NCBI GenBank assembly: GCA_965261735.1
Contig: OZ253470.1
Location: forward strand, 3,584,001 to 3,648,000
Source of the DNA: Alphaproteobacteria bacterium
GTDB taxonomy: Bacteria > Pseudomonadota > Alphaproteobacteria > SHVV01
Length of the DNA: 64,000 nucleotides
Reading direction: 5' to 3'
Shown: positions 42,448-53,305 of the stretch, one piece after another
How the letters are laid out: the number at the start of each line of letters is the position of its first letter
How positions within the stretch are numbered: the stretch's first letter is position 1
Translations under genes and position numbers: made by a program
Notes under the pieces: model-generated
Databases searched by the model: none
What the model was told of the DNA's origin: nothing
The model's input: the letters and a program-made list of their open reading frames with translations, nothing else

Positions 42448-45253
42448 ATGGGTCGGAAAGAGCGCGAGATCTGGCAGTACGGTGACTTTCAGACGCCTCA
42501 GCAGTTAGCGGCCCAGGTTTGCAGGCGACTCCGCCTTATGGGCATTGAGCCATCGGCTATTCTAGAACCCACCTGCGGGCGCGGTTCCTTTCTCGTGGCG
42601 GCCGCGGAGGCGTTCCCGGATGCCGGAGACATCCTTGGTGTGGAAATCAACGAGCGGTACGTTGCGGAGGCGCGCGAGGCTTGCGGTGGTAGGGCGAAGG
42701 TCGAACAGGGAGACTTCTTCCAAACAGACTGGTCGCGCGTCTTGGACAAAGAAGGAGGAAGCTGGCTTGTGTTGGGAAATCCGCCTTGGGTTACCAACGC
42801 GGAGCTGGGCCTGCTTAGCAGCACGAATTTGCCTACCAAGAGCAACTTTCAAGGTCACCGAGGGCTTGATGCGATCACCGGCAAGGCGAACTTTGATATC
42901 TCTGAGTGGATGCTGCTGAAACAGGTTGGTTGGCTCAAGGAACGGTCCGGCTGGATCACAATGCTGGTTAAGACGGCAGTGGCCCGTAAGGTTCTTCGAC
43001 AGATGTGGAAGGTGGGCGAACCTGTCGGAAGAGCTGCGATCTTCAAGGTGGACGCGATGCGCCATTTTGGGGCTGCTGTGGACGCCTGCCTATTCGTGCT
43101 GCCTGTCTGCCTGGGCGAGCCATCAAGGATTTGCGATGTATTCGATGGCTTGGAGGAGCCCAAGCCCAGCGGGACAATTGGCTACCATGATGGGGTCTTG
43201 GTCGCGGACGTCGATAAGTTCCTGCAGTACCGCCATCTTCTCGGGTCTAATGTCGAGTATGTTTGGCGCTCAGGGGTCAAGCACGACTGTGCGAGAGTCA
43301 TGGACCTGAAGCGAGTCGAGAACGGCGGGCTTGAAAACGGACTCGGCGAGGCGGTGGAAGTTGAAGACATCTACCTGTACCCAATGCTGAAGAGTTCAGA
43401 CGTTGCCAATGGGCGGAAACGCTCCGACCGACTGATGGTTGTTCCACAGCGCGAGATTGGTGAGGACACATTGCACATTCGTGAGGACGCGCCGCGAACA
43501 TGGGCCTACCTTAGCGCAAACGGGGGGAGGCTTGACGGGAGGGGAAGCGTTATTTATCGGCGCAAACCTCGCTTCTCCATCTTCGGGGTGGGCACGTACA
43601 CGTTTGCGCCCTGGAAGGTCGCCATTTCCGGCTTCTACAAGGCCATGCGTTTCGTAAAGGTGGGTCCAGTCAGCGAAAAACCCGTGGTGTTCGATGACAC
43701 AGTGTACTTCCTCCCTTGTTGGGGTTGTGTCTCGAAAGTGGTGGAAATTGGTTTTGGCGCCTCTCCGAGCGGGTTGAGTTTTGCGGCGGTCAGGCTGCGC
43801 GGTCAAGGGTTTCGTCGGCGATTAGCTGATCGAGGGTTTCCCATCCATCGACTTTGCGCATCTGGATTTGGCCGGAAGCGAGGAGTGCCCAGAGGAGCAT
43901 CGGCACTGTTTCGGGACACGGCAGCACGGTCTGTGTTTTGATCCGGCGCTTGAACTCCTCGTTGAGACGCTCAATGGCGTTGGTCGTTCGGGCTGATTTC
44001 CATTGGCTCTTGGACAGGCGCGTGAAGGTAAAGAGCTTGTCGCCCGCTTCTGCGAGGCTGTCCGCGACGGCCCTGCATTTCAGCCGCCACTTGCGGACAA
44101 ACGCCTTGCGGCGGGTTTCCACCTCGGAGGCAGTGTCAGCATAGATCATATCGCGGTAATCTTCGCTCAGCTCGTCATGCATGTGTTTGGGAGCATGACC
44201 CAGAAGGTTGCGGTGCTTGTGCACGGTGCAGCGTTGAACGGGAAGGTCATCGCCCCAAAGCGCCGACAGAGCCGCCTCCAGTCCCGGCGCGCCATCGACG
44301 ATGACAAACCCGGGCCGTTTCAGTCCACGCGCATCAAGGTCGTCGAGGAACTGGCGCCACGCCGCCTGGCTTTCTCCGCCCATATTCCCGATCGAAAGCA
44401 AGACCTTCTGGCCATCCCGGCGCACCCCTATAGCCGCGAGAACCGAGATGTTGGTGGCCTTGCGGTCCAGTCGGGTCTTGATCACAGTGCCGTCAAGGAT
44501 CAGCCGAACGATATCCTCATCCGCGAGGCCACGGCTGCACCAGGCGTCCCAATCGACCTTCACCTTGCGCCACGCCCGGCTCACAACGTCCTTGCTCACA
44601 GCACCCCGGAAGAGCCCGAACAGCGCGCGTTTCACCCGCCGCGTGTTGGTTCCGGACAGATACACCGAAGCGATCAGCGCCTCGGCCTTTCTGGTCAGCC
44701 GCTGGTAGCGCGGCAGCGCCCGCGAACGCCATTCCGACGCCCGACCGTCTTCCTCAACGATCCGCGCACGCGGCACGCTCACCCTCTCGGTCCCGAATGT
44801 CCCCGTCAGTTGCCGCTCCCGGTGCCCGTTCCGATACCCTTGCCGAAGCGCGTCCTCTCGACCGTATCGGCAGCGCCCGAGAAACTGCGCAAGTTCCTCC
44901 TCAAAAACGGCCTCGATCGTGGATCTGATGTTCTCCCGCAGCCGGTCCTCGAGCGGATCATAGCCGGCGTCATTGGCCAGTAGCGAAAGCGCGGAAGTCT
45001 CGGTAGTGTTCTTCATGGCGTGATCTCCTTGGCGGTGCTAGCCGCCGATTGGGTGGTTGTCTTGTCACCCGGAGATTACGCCATCCTCAAATTTCCACCA
45101 CTTTCGAGACACAGCCCTTGTTGGTCGGAGGAGGAGGCCAATTTTGTCTATACCCTTGTCCAGTCCATGCCCTACTCTCGGCTACTCGCTGCCATGATTT
45201 TCGTCGAGGAGAAGCGAGCCATTCGTCGCCAAACTGGATCACTTCGCCAGTGA
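42448..45253 (+). pseudogene. Amino (N6A/N4C) DNA methyltransferase of the RM pair, interrupted by IS256 type 2
   Basis: YGDFQTP, ILEPTCGRGSFL, GNPPW; the frame resumes after the TSD at 45117 (PCWSEEEA). Confidence 0.9.
43723..45116 (-). mobile_element. IS256-family element type 2, complete (transposase 43790-45016)
   Basis: TIR GG(C/T)TGTGTCTCGAAAGTGGTGGAAATT; TSD CTTGTTGG; LDGT, VDGAPG, QRCTVH, TTNAIER. Confidence 0.97.
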
Positions 45254-45279
45254 CCGGCATGACAAACCAACCGTTGGCA

Positions 45280-45481
45280 CGGCGTCGCGGCTGTTCCAGT
45301 AGGCGCGGTTCAGGCAGGAGACGATGCCCTGATGCTTGACCTGACCATCCTTCGCCTGCTCCTCGGTGATCTTCAGATTTTCGAGGAGCGCCTGAAAGCG
45401 CGGCCGGACGTAGTACCAGCGAATTGGTCGGCCGAGCGGAAGCGGGGGAAGTGCAGCTGCCAGTCCGCTATGAAAGTTCAT
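45280..45481 (-). pseudogene. N-terminal fragment of a SMODS/CD-NTase (CBASS cyclase-like)
   Basis: RFQALLENLKITEEQAKDGQVKHQGIVSCLNRAYWNS resembles the CD-NTase N-terminal helix; cut before the GS motif. Confidence 0.6.
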
Positions 45482-45493
45482 CGGCCCGCCACC

Positions 45494-46714
45494 TCAGGAC
45501 GCCATGGTGAACTGCCGCCGGACGTCGCCGGTCCCAACGAATTGCGATAGCAGCCGGTAGTTCTTCCGTTCGTAGCGAACCCTGCCGGCGACGATCGCCG
45601 GATGAACTTGCAGAGCCCTGGCGAGATTCATCACGGCCGCGGTCGTCGGCCGATCCCGCACTGCGCTCGCTTCCCAATCCATGCGCGGGATGAGCGCTTC
45701 TTCCGCCCATTCGTCGGCCTGCGCCTCCCTGGGATCTTCCCGTCTTCCGTCGAGTTTGCGCAGCGTAAAGTCGTCGACGAAGGCGTCCCCCCTGTCGTTG
45801 TCCATGTGTCGGCCGACATGGGCCAGCTCGTGCAACAGGCAGAACCAGAAATTGTCGATTCTGTCGTAGCGCAGAGTGAGGCCGATCACCGGTGTGCCAT
45901 CACCGAGCCGGAGTGCCACCCCGTCGAGATAGGTCTTTGGCAGGTGCTTTTCGATCACCAGCGGAATGCCATGCCTGGCCAGCGATTCCTTCGCCAGCCG
46001 CGGGCCGTCTTCGGACCAGCTCAGCCGCGCGACCTTCGTCAGGAATTCCAGGGTTACGGTGCCACGCTCATAGTCCGTCTTCGGGCGATCCTCGTTGGCT
46101 CTTGCAAGGACCTGCCAGCACCACGCCTTGAGGGCATGGGGGTCCATTTTGGCATTCGCACGAACATGGTCGTTCTTTCGGTAGAGCGTAGCGCCTGCGA
46201 CATCCAGCCCGCCTGCGCGATCGATCAAGTCTCGCATGATCCGGTCGGCGGATCCGGCCAGATCGGGGCCGTCCGGAATCCAGCCCAACCTTGCCATTGA
46301 CTTGACGGGAAACCGGTTCCATTCGATATCGGCCAGCGGATCGTCGAGATCGACATCCGGCCCCTGCAGCAGCACGTCCGCCGGAATCCCGAGATGCTCA
46401 TGCAGTGCACGCGCCATCGGCATGGTGATCGCACGCTTGCAGGAGAGAACCTCGGAGACCTTCGCGCGGCTTCCGATGAACGAGACGAGATCGCGGGGGC
46501 GCAGGCCCGCCTGTTCCATGCGAAACTCTATCGCGGCGATCGGATTCGGATATCCCATCGGCACATGCTTGCTTTCATACAGTTCAACGAGATCGACCAG
46601 TATATCGAGCTCATCGCCCTCCAGACTGTCGGGTTCCGTATCCATGAGCCCGGAGATCCGGGCCAATGCTGCCTCATAGTCCGCTTCAGACCGAATTGGC
46701 TTGATATTGGCCAT
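45494..46714 (-). CDS. higA: HigA-type HTH antitoxin fused to an IrrE/ImmA Zn-metallopeptidase
   Basis: IKPIRSEADYEAAL...PIAAIEFRMEQ HigA domain; LRYDRIDNFWFCLLHELAH; EAQADEWA. Confidence 0.92.
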   Translation of the reverse strand: MANIKPIRSEADYEAALARISGLMDTEPDSLEGDELDILVDLVELYESKHVPMGYPNPIAAIEFRMEQAGLRPRDLVSFIGSRAKVSEVLSCKRAITMPMARALHEHLGIPADVLLQGPDVDLDDPLADIEWNRFPVKSMARLGWIPDGPDLAGSADRIMRDLIDRAGGLDVAGATLYRKNDHVRANAKMDPHALKAWCWQVLARANEDRPKTDYERGTVTLEFLTKVARLSWSEDGPRLAKESLARHGIPLVIEKHLPKTYLDGVALRLGDGTPVIGLTLRYDRIDNFWFCLLHELAHVGRHMDNDRGDAFVDDFTLRKLDGRREDPREAQADEWAEEALIPRMDWEASAVRDRPTTAAVMNLARALQVHPAIVAGRVRYERKNYRLLSQFVGTGDVRRQFTMAS

Positions 46715-46715
46715 C

Positions 46716-47009
46716 TCACACCTCCTCCACGTCTACGGCGTCATACTCTGCATGTGTGCCCACGAAGCGTATGTAGACGACGCGGTACGGGTAATTGATT
46801 TTGACGACGAGCCGGTAGTCGTTGCCCTTGATGTTGAAGATCACCCGGTTGTCACCAACGATGCTCGCGCTGCCGTACATCTCCTTCAGGCTGGCCGGTG
46901 TATCCCAATCCGCCTGCTTCGCTTCCCGATACCAGGCGAGAAGCGGTTCTTCTGCATCTGAGTGATGCTCCCAGAACTCCCGGAGCCTCTTCTTGGCGAT
47001 GATCCGCAT
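46716..47009 (-). CDS. higB: HigB mRNA interferase toxin
   Basis: MRIIAKKRLREFW...FNIKGNDYRL...FVGTHAEYD. Confidence 0.95.
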   Translation of the reverse strand: MRIIAKKRLREFWEHHSDAEEPLLAWYREAKQADWDTPASLKEMYGSASIVGDNRVIFNIKGNDYRLVVKINYPYRVVYIRFVGTHAEYDAVDVEEV

Positions 47010-47013
47010 AGGG

Positions 47014-47068
47014 TATATACATCGTTCCCATTTTCATGTCAAGTATAGTGGTCCCAAAACGAGAACCA
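47014..47068 (-). promoter_or_regulatory. higBA promoter (TTGACA-N17-TATATA, probably leaderless) with operator-like imperfect palindromes
   Basis: -35 at 47042-47037; -10 ends 4 nt before the ATG; GTTCCCA and TGGTCCCA-AAAC-GAGAACCA motifs. Confidence 0.55.
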
Positions 47069-47101
47069 TCCTATAGCGGGACGCAGTAGGGAAGTACAGC
47101 G

Positions 47102-47134
47102 GAGGTCACGAGGTCACGAGGTCACGAGAGGTCA
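47102..47134. repeat. Tandem 8-mer GAGGTCAC x3 plus a degenerate fourth copy
   Basis: Read directly from the sequence. Confidence 0.85.
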
Positions 47135-47212
47135 GGAGATGCCTGGGGTTCTCCCAAAAACCATTCCGAGGACATTCCGAAACGTGTATTGGAAGAGATT
47201 GCCTAGAAACAG

Positions 47213-47246
47213 AAACGCCGCTAAGATGTTGTCTTAGTGGCGTTTT
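47213..47246 (-). terminator. Rho-independent terminator downstream of the tRNA fragment
   Basis: Hairpin AAACGCCGCTAAGA / TCTTAGTGGCGTTT. Confidence 0.75.
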
Positions 47247-47249
47247 ATT

Positions 47250-47294
47250 TGGTTGCGGGGGTTGGATTTGAACCATCGACCTTCAGGTTATGAG
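47250..47294 (-). other. 3' half of tRNA-fMet (att-site remnant), not a full tRNA
   Basis: CTCATAACCTGAAGGTCGATGGTTCAAATCCAACCCCCGCAACCA; 5' half absent; lies next to the integrase. Confidence 0.88.
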
Positions 47295-47513
47295 TTTGCG
47301 TAAGAGTTAAGACGACAATTGCAGTCATGCGTGCGCATGGATGCGCTGGTGTGTGATAATTGGCTATTTTACAAGGTGTTTGTGGACGGTACAAGAGCTT
47401 ATTACCATGACAATCGTGCGCACGGATGCGCAGAGTTTGTAATCCCGATGATTCCCATGTGATTCCCAGTATGATATGGTGCTTCCCATTGCCGGACACA
47501 CCGGGGATCCGCC

Positions 47514-48072
47514 ATGCCCGCTCAGATCAAGATCACCAAGCGAACCGTTGACAGGATCACTGGCGACGGATCGGACAGGTTCTATTGGGACGACGATCTC
47601 CCCGGTTTCGGCCTGCGCGTCCGCGCCTCGGGACGCAAGTATTATGTCGTCCAGTTCCGCGCCAACGGGCGGCTGCGCCGCATGACCCTGGGTCGTCATG
47701 GGGCAGTGACGCCGGAGACCGCACGGCGGCGTGCCATGGCGCTGATCTCGGAGGCCAAGGGCGGTAAGGACCCGGCTGCCCTTCGGGACAAAGGCCGCAA
47801 GGCGGCAACGATGAAGGTGCTCGGCAGGCGGTTTCTGGAAGAGTACGTCCCGGTTCATTGCAAGCCGAGCACGGCCTACGAGTACCAGCGTTCAGTGAAG
47901 TTATTCATCGACCCCAGGATCGGAACCCGCAAGGTGACGGAGATCCAGCGGAGCGACATCGCCGAACTACACCATGGCATGCGGGAAACGCCCTACCAGG
48001 CCAACCGGACCCTCGGGGTGCTTTCAAAGATGTTCAACTTGGCCGAGTTGTGGGGTCTGCGTCCGGACGGCT
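47514..48072 (+). pseudogene. Tyrosine integrase (arm-binding N-terminal type), truncated before the catalytic domain
   Basis: WDDDLPGFGLRV...MTLGRHG...PYQANRTL...LRPDGS, then the homology breaks. Confidence 0.88.
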
Positions 48073-48122
48073 CAATGCGGATACTCCGGCCTAACCGGCA
48101 ACTCCAATAACCCTGGAGGTTC

Positions 48123-48740
48123 AATCGCAATGTCCCGGATGCCGACGCGGAACACGAACATACTCACCAGGATGAAGAGAGTGCAGGCGGCCAGCAGCGC
48201 GAGCGAATAGGCAGAGCCGCTGTTCCAGTTCCCCGCCTCGAAGAAGTTCCGATAGATCACCTGGCTGAACCATTCGGGGTGGAGACCGGGGCCGACCAGG
48301 CCGGGAACGGCGATGGAGCCCGCGGCCAGCATGAAGGTCATGATCGAACCCACGGCGATGCCCGGCTTGGCGTGTGGCAGGACAACACGCAGATGGGTCC
48401 TCAGTGTCGAGGCGCCGAGATCCTTGGCGGCCTCGATCTGGTTGGGATCGAGCGTCTCGATCGTGTTGTAGACCGGGAACACCATGAACAGGATGTAGGC
48501 GTAGACCTCGTCGTCGGCCAGCGGCAGGACCGAGGAGTTGAAGGTGACTGCCTCGGTTCGCCGGAACTGTCTCACCGCCGGGCCGGGCTCGCCGCGCGCG
48601 AGGTGGGCGAGGCCGAGCAGGTGTCGCGCGATCGGATCGCGCGGCCGCGACTTCAGATGTTTCTTCAGTTTGCGCTCGGCAGAACCATGCCGGCCGGCCC
48701 TGAGTTCGGCGGCTGCGGTTTCTAGCGGGCCAACTTTCAA
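48123..48740 (-). pseudogene. Chimera of a TPR fragment and a PotB-like ABC permease C-terminus
   Basis: ARHLLGLAHL (TPR) joined to IEAAKDLGA...VVLPHAKPG (EAA loop). Confidence 0.7.
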
Positions 48741-48748
48741 TCGAGGCC

Positions 48749-49780
48749 TCAGACCGCCTGCGCGGCCTCGACGAGACGGCCGAGCTTGGCACGCGTCAGT
48801 TCGATTCCCAACATGATGAGCCCGCAGTCGGGCGCGGCCATCAGCCGGTCAGCGTCGATGCGGTCGAGCGCCGCCCGCAGGCGTGCGACGATCTCGTCGA
48901 CCGTCTCAACCCGGCTGGAGGCGATCTCGACGACGCCGAGGATGACCGTGGTGCGGGAAAACGCGTCGAGCAGGGCAAGATCGTTGTGCCGGTGCGCATC
49001 CTCGATGGAGACAGCGTCCACGATGCTGGCGTCCACCGCGCGGGCGAGCCGTCGGTAGACCTCCGGATCGGCCTTCACGTAGTCGGTCTCGTCCAGCATG
49101 TCGGGATAGCCGCAGCACATGTGCATGGTACGGGTCACGCCGCCGGGGACGCCGTGGAAGCAGCGCTCGAGATTTTCGACCCCGAAGTCGAGCGCCTGGT
49201 CCGGCAGGCGCGCGAAGAGCGGCTCGTCGACCTGGATGTGGCGGCACCCCGCCTCCGCCAGGCGTCTGATCTCCACGTTGAGCGCCCCGGCCAGATCGGC
49301 GCACCAGGAACGGTGGTTGGCATAGAAGACGTTGGCGGTCGAGTCCGCGATCGTGAGCGGTCCGGGCACGGTGATCTTGACGGGCCTGTTCGTCGCCGCC
49401 TGCGCGACCTCCCAATCGCGCACCAGGAACGGTTCGCGCGCCGCGACTTTGCCCGTGAAGGTGGGCATCTCGGCCGTCCAGGCACCGTTGCGCATGGTGC
49501 ACTCGGTTAACGTATCGAGTTCGAAGCCGTCGAGATGGCTGCAGTGGTAGCGGATGTAGTTCGCCCGCCGGATCTCGCCGTCGGTCGGGATGTCGATTCC
49601 GATAGCGGCCTGCTCGGCCACGACCTCTCGTGTCGCACGGTCGAAAGCGGCCCGCCGCTCCTCCGGCGACAAGTCCCCGGCCTCGACCTCGCCGACCTCG
49701 ACGTTCTCGTGCATCCAGGCAGTGCGCGGCACATAGCGCGGTTTGGGATAGGAGCCGATGCAGGTGGTCACGAGCGGCAT
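48749..49780 (-). CDS. Cobalamin-independent methionine synthase II-like (core catalytic domain)
   Basis: TTCIGSYPKP, TDGEIRR, IQVDEP, HMCCGY, PDCGL Zn ligands. Confidence 0.92.
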   Translation of the reverse strand: MPLVTTCIGSYPKPRYVPRTAWMHENVEVGEVEAGDLSPEERRAAFDRATREVVAEQAAIGIDIPTDGEIRRANYIRYHCSHLDGFELDTLTECTMRNGAWTAEMPTFTGKVAAREPFLVRDWEVAQAATNRPVKITVPGPLTIADSTANVFYANHRSWCADLAGALNVEIRRLAEAGCRHIQVDEPLFARLPDQALDFGVENLERCFHGVPGGVTRTMHMCCGYPDMLDETDYVKADPEVYRRLARAVDASIVDAVSIEDAHRHNDLALLDAFSRTTVILGVVEIASSRVETVDEIVARLRAALDRIDADRLMAAPDCGLIMLGIELTRAKLGRLVEAAQAV

Positions 49781-49867
49781 GGACGGCCCCCTGGGTTGTG
49801 GCTCGGTTCCGAATTTTGATCCCCACGGTCTACACGAATTCAATAACCGAGGGGGCCGCTCCAAGCA

Positions 49868-50420
49868 TCAACTCTTCGCTCGCTTCATCTCAGGGTCGTA
49901 GAGCGGACCGCTTTGCAGCTTGCACGGGACGCGTTCGTCCGCCACTTCGAGCTCGAAGTCCAGCTTCGATCCCCTGATCCTGGCAGACGGCAAGACCGAC
50001 CTCTTCGTGGTCGCGCCCGAGGAGACCATCGAGCACGTCGAGGGCTGGCTGCGCCTGTGGGTCGCCATCCCCAACGCCGTCGCCGGTATCAACGGGAACT
50101 CGCCTTCTTCCGCAAGCACCGCCAGCGCATGCGTTACCACGCCCTGAAGGCAGAGGGCGTCGCCATCGGCTCAGGCGTGGTCGAGGCGGCCAACAAGACC
50201 CTGGTGACCCAGCGCATGAAGCGCTCCGGCATGCGCTGGCGGATCGCCGGCGGACAGGCTGTGCTGACCTTCCGCGCCCTGATCAAATCCGCTCGCTTCG
50301 ACCGGGCATGGAAGGCCATCATCGGCGCAACCGACACACCAGCCAACGACAACATCAATCCCTGTGCCGTCATCGCCATCGCTGCCTGAACTCAATGAAC
50401 GAAGCCACTGCTATCAACTG
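49868..50420. pseudogene. Three fused scraps: GcvT-family C-terminus (-), traG paralogue (+, ~49959-50090), ISKra4-like 3' end (+, ~50091-50420)
   Basis: PLYDPEMKRAKS; FDPLILADGKTDLFVVAPEET; IGSGVVEAANK...KRSGMRW. Confidence 0.8.
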
Positions 50421-50449
50421 GGATTCCCCATGTTGGAACCGATCCACGC

Positions 50450-52003
50450 GGTCGTGTCCCAGGACGTGGTGTAGGAGTTGTTGGAGCCTCTGGTAGCTGT
50501 GGGTAGGCGGCTTGCCGTAGCGACCGCCGAGAGTCTGGCGTAGGCAAGCCGGCTATCCACAGCGGAGGCCATCGTGTGTGGACGCCCCCGTTGATGCAAG
50601 CAGTTTTTGGTCGGCTCGGTGCATGCGGTCAGGTGCTGTCGTGTGTCCGGCCTCTCTATGCGGCAGATGACACGCCGCGGGCCCGTATGGAGATACGCGG
50701 ATTGGGTCCAAATCGGTTACGCGAGCTTGAAAGCTCTCCGTTCGGATGCTGGTTTTCCCAACCCGGTCTCGTTGACCTTTGCCCTTACCTGTCCTCCGTC
50801 CTGCCCACATCCCCGACGGCTTCCCGCACTTCGCCGTTCTCTCAGGCGGTGGCGGGAGCCCGGTAGCTCTTCTTCTTCGTCAGTAGCGCCCAGACGATGC
50901 GCGCCATCCTGTTGGCCAGCGCCACCGCGACGAGCATCCTCGGCTTGCGCGCCAGCATCCCGGCCAGCCAGGGGTCCGTCGTCACGCCGCGCCGAACCGC
51001 CCAGCGGACCACAGTCATCGCGCCTGTGATCAGCAGCCGTCTCAGATCGCGCTGGCCCATCTTCGATATCTTGCCCAGCTTCGGCTTGCCGCCGGTCGTG
51101 TGCTGGCGCGGCACGAGGCCGAGCCAAGCGGAGAAGTCGCGGCCGCGCCGGAAACTCTCCATCGGCGGTGCGAAGGCCTGGATTGCCATCGCGCTGATCG
51201 GCCCGATCCCCGGCACGCTCATCAGGCGCCTCGCCTCCTCATCCTGCCGTGCTCTCACGTGGACCTCCCTCTCCAGGCCCGCAATCTTCGCATCGAGGCC
51301 GGCGATCTGCTCAAGCAGAAGGCCGGCCAGCTCGCGGACCGCTTCCGGCAACCTCGAAGCCGGTCCCTCAAGCGCCGAGGCCAGCCGGCCGACATGAGCC
51401 GGCCCCTGCGGGGCAATGACACCGAACTCCGCCAGATGGCCGCGCAGCGCATTAATCGTCTGGGTGCGCTGGCGCACCAGAAGATCGCGCGTCCGGAACA
51501 GCATGCCCCGAGCCTGCTGTTCCTCCGTCTTCACAGCCACAAAGCGCATGGTCGGCCGCGACGACGCCTCGCAGATCGCCTCCGCATCCGACGCGTCGTT
51601 CTTTTGCCGCTTGACGTACGCTTTGACGTAGATCGGTGGGACCAGTCGCACCGCATGGCCGAGACTGCCGATCTCCCGGCCCCAATGGTGCGCGCCGCCG
51701 CACGCCTCCATCGCCACCGTGCAGCGTGGCTGCGCAGCCACAAAGTCCAACAGCTTCGCCCGGCTCAGCTTCTTGCGGAACGCAACCAACCCATCCGCCC
51801 GCGCACCGTGCAGCTGAAAGCTGTTCTTCGCCAGATCGATCCCGATCATGTGAACCTGTTCCATGGACGCCCCCTTCCTCGCTTGGCGTTAACAACACCG
51901 CCAACCTGGCACATCGCGATGCCGTCGGGAGGGGCGTCCACCCCATCGGCTCCATGCCGAGGTCAAGCGTCGCACCAACGTCGTCGGTATCTTTCCCAAC
52001 GAG
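50450..52003 (+). mobile_element. Deleted IS256::IS1111 composite (IS256 left 125 bp + IS1111 + ~55 bp of IS256)
   Basis: IS256 left TIR at 50450; sequence jumps from GGCCATCG straight into the IS1111 end. Confidence 0.92.
50575..51948 (-). mobile_element. IS1111-group element copy 4, intact (recombinase 50842-51864)
   Basis: Same ends and 340-aa ORF as the other copies. Confidence 0.96.
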
Positions 52004-52109
52004 GCCCGCCCTGACAAAGCAGCGAGTGTCGCACCCCCGAGACCGAAGGGATCAGCGGATACCGCCGAACCCGGCCGCGAGGTCCTCGCGCGCGATGACG
52101 CCACCCATG

Positions 52110-52205
52110 ATCGGCGCGGTCGAGAACATCCATGGCGCGCTCCCCTATATCCGGTTTGCGCCCATTCTAGCCCTAGTGGGTGTGGGTGTAAACCGGATAG
52201 GCAAG
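52110..52205 (-). mobile_element. IS1595 (ISSod11 group) left-end fragment
   Basis: TIR plus the first codons MDVLDRAD. Confidence 0.88.
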
Positions 52206-52759
52206 GCTCATTCGTCTATGGTTTTCTTGCTGCCTATGACCGCGCACTCCGGAAGGCCGGGGACATCTTCGCCCGGAGGATGTCTTCTGTCTCGAACCGT
52301 CAACCTCACGACAATCCCGGATCTTGCAAGGTGCAGCCACCGCCTACGACGCCTTCGGGTCGACAATCCACACTGACTCCCTGAGGACCGTACAATCCGA
52401 GACGATCATGTCCACAACTGCGGTAATCCTCGAGAAATCATAGTCACCGCTCACCTCGGATTGGGCCAGGAACGCCCTCATGACATCGCTCTTGCCAACC
52501 AGTTCGCCATGATAGACGCCCAGTTCTTTGTGCGCGTCTTTGTGCGCGGAAATCCCGCCTGAAGCACAGCTCCTGCTTCATCACCACGAGCCCTAGGAGA
52601 CCTATTGCATCGTCAGCGGCCGCAGGCAGATGAAGATCGACGGCCGGTCGGGCCGGGCTGCGCGGTCTATACCCCGCCCACGGCCCGGCACGCCTTCCGG
52701 CGCACCGGCGTTGTCAGAGGAAAACGGTTTGAGCCACCGAGCGAGGTCTCCCACAACTC

Positions 52760-53131
52760 CTATTTCATGATGTAGAAAGCCAGCTTGTTTCCATCCAGGT
52801 CCCTGAAATACCCGCCGTAGAATCCGCTAGTGCCACGCGGGCCGGGTGCCCCCTCGTCCTTCCCCCCGAGCTCAAGAGCCTTGGCATGTAATGCATTCAC
52901 CTGCTCTTCGCTTTCGACTTTGAGCGCAATCATTGTGCCGTTGCCTACAGTAGCCGGGTCTCCATCGTAGGGCTTGGCTACGCAGAATGTCGTTTCACCC
53001 GATGGGGCCTCCCACCGGATGAAAGTTTCTGCTTCCGTTGTCCGCTTCGCTCCGATATCCCCGAGAAGCGAATCATAGAACCGGCCAGCGCGTTCAATAT
53101 CGTTTGCACCTAGAATCAAGTTTCCGATCAT
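52760..53131 (-). CDS. VOC/glyoxalase-family protein
   Basis: MIGNLILGANDIERAGRFYD...GNGTMIAL...YFRDLDGNKL. Confidence 0.9.
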   Translation of the reverse strand: MIGNLILGANDIERAGRFYDSLLGDIGAKRTTEAETFIRWEAPSGETTFCVAKPYDGDPATVGNGTMIALKVESEEQVNALHAKALELGGKDEGAPGPRGTSGFYGGYFRDLDGNKLAFYIMK

Positions 53132-53263
53132 TTCGCGATCCTTCCTCAAAATGCGGGAGCAACCCAGGAATTCCAGCTGCTTTAAGAGGTATATCAAAAA
53201 TTAGCTTATATCAATCAGTTACCAATACGGCGCACCCTAGCACCCCCCCTGCTGATCAGATGG

Positions 53264-53305
53264 TGGGGTGGCTCCGGAAAATCCGACAGGTGTTGAAGTT
53301 CAGGT
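53264..53305 (+). mobile_element. IS3 left-end remnant
   Basis: TGGGGTGGCTCCGGAAAATCCGACAGG resembles the left TIR at 21589. Confidence 0.6.
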
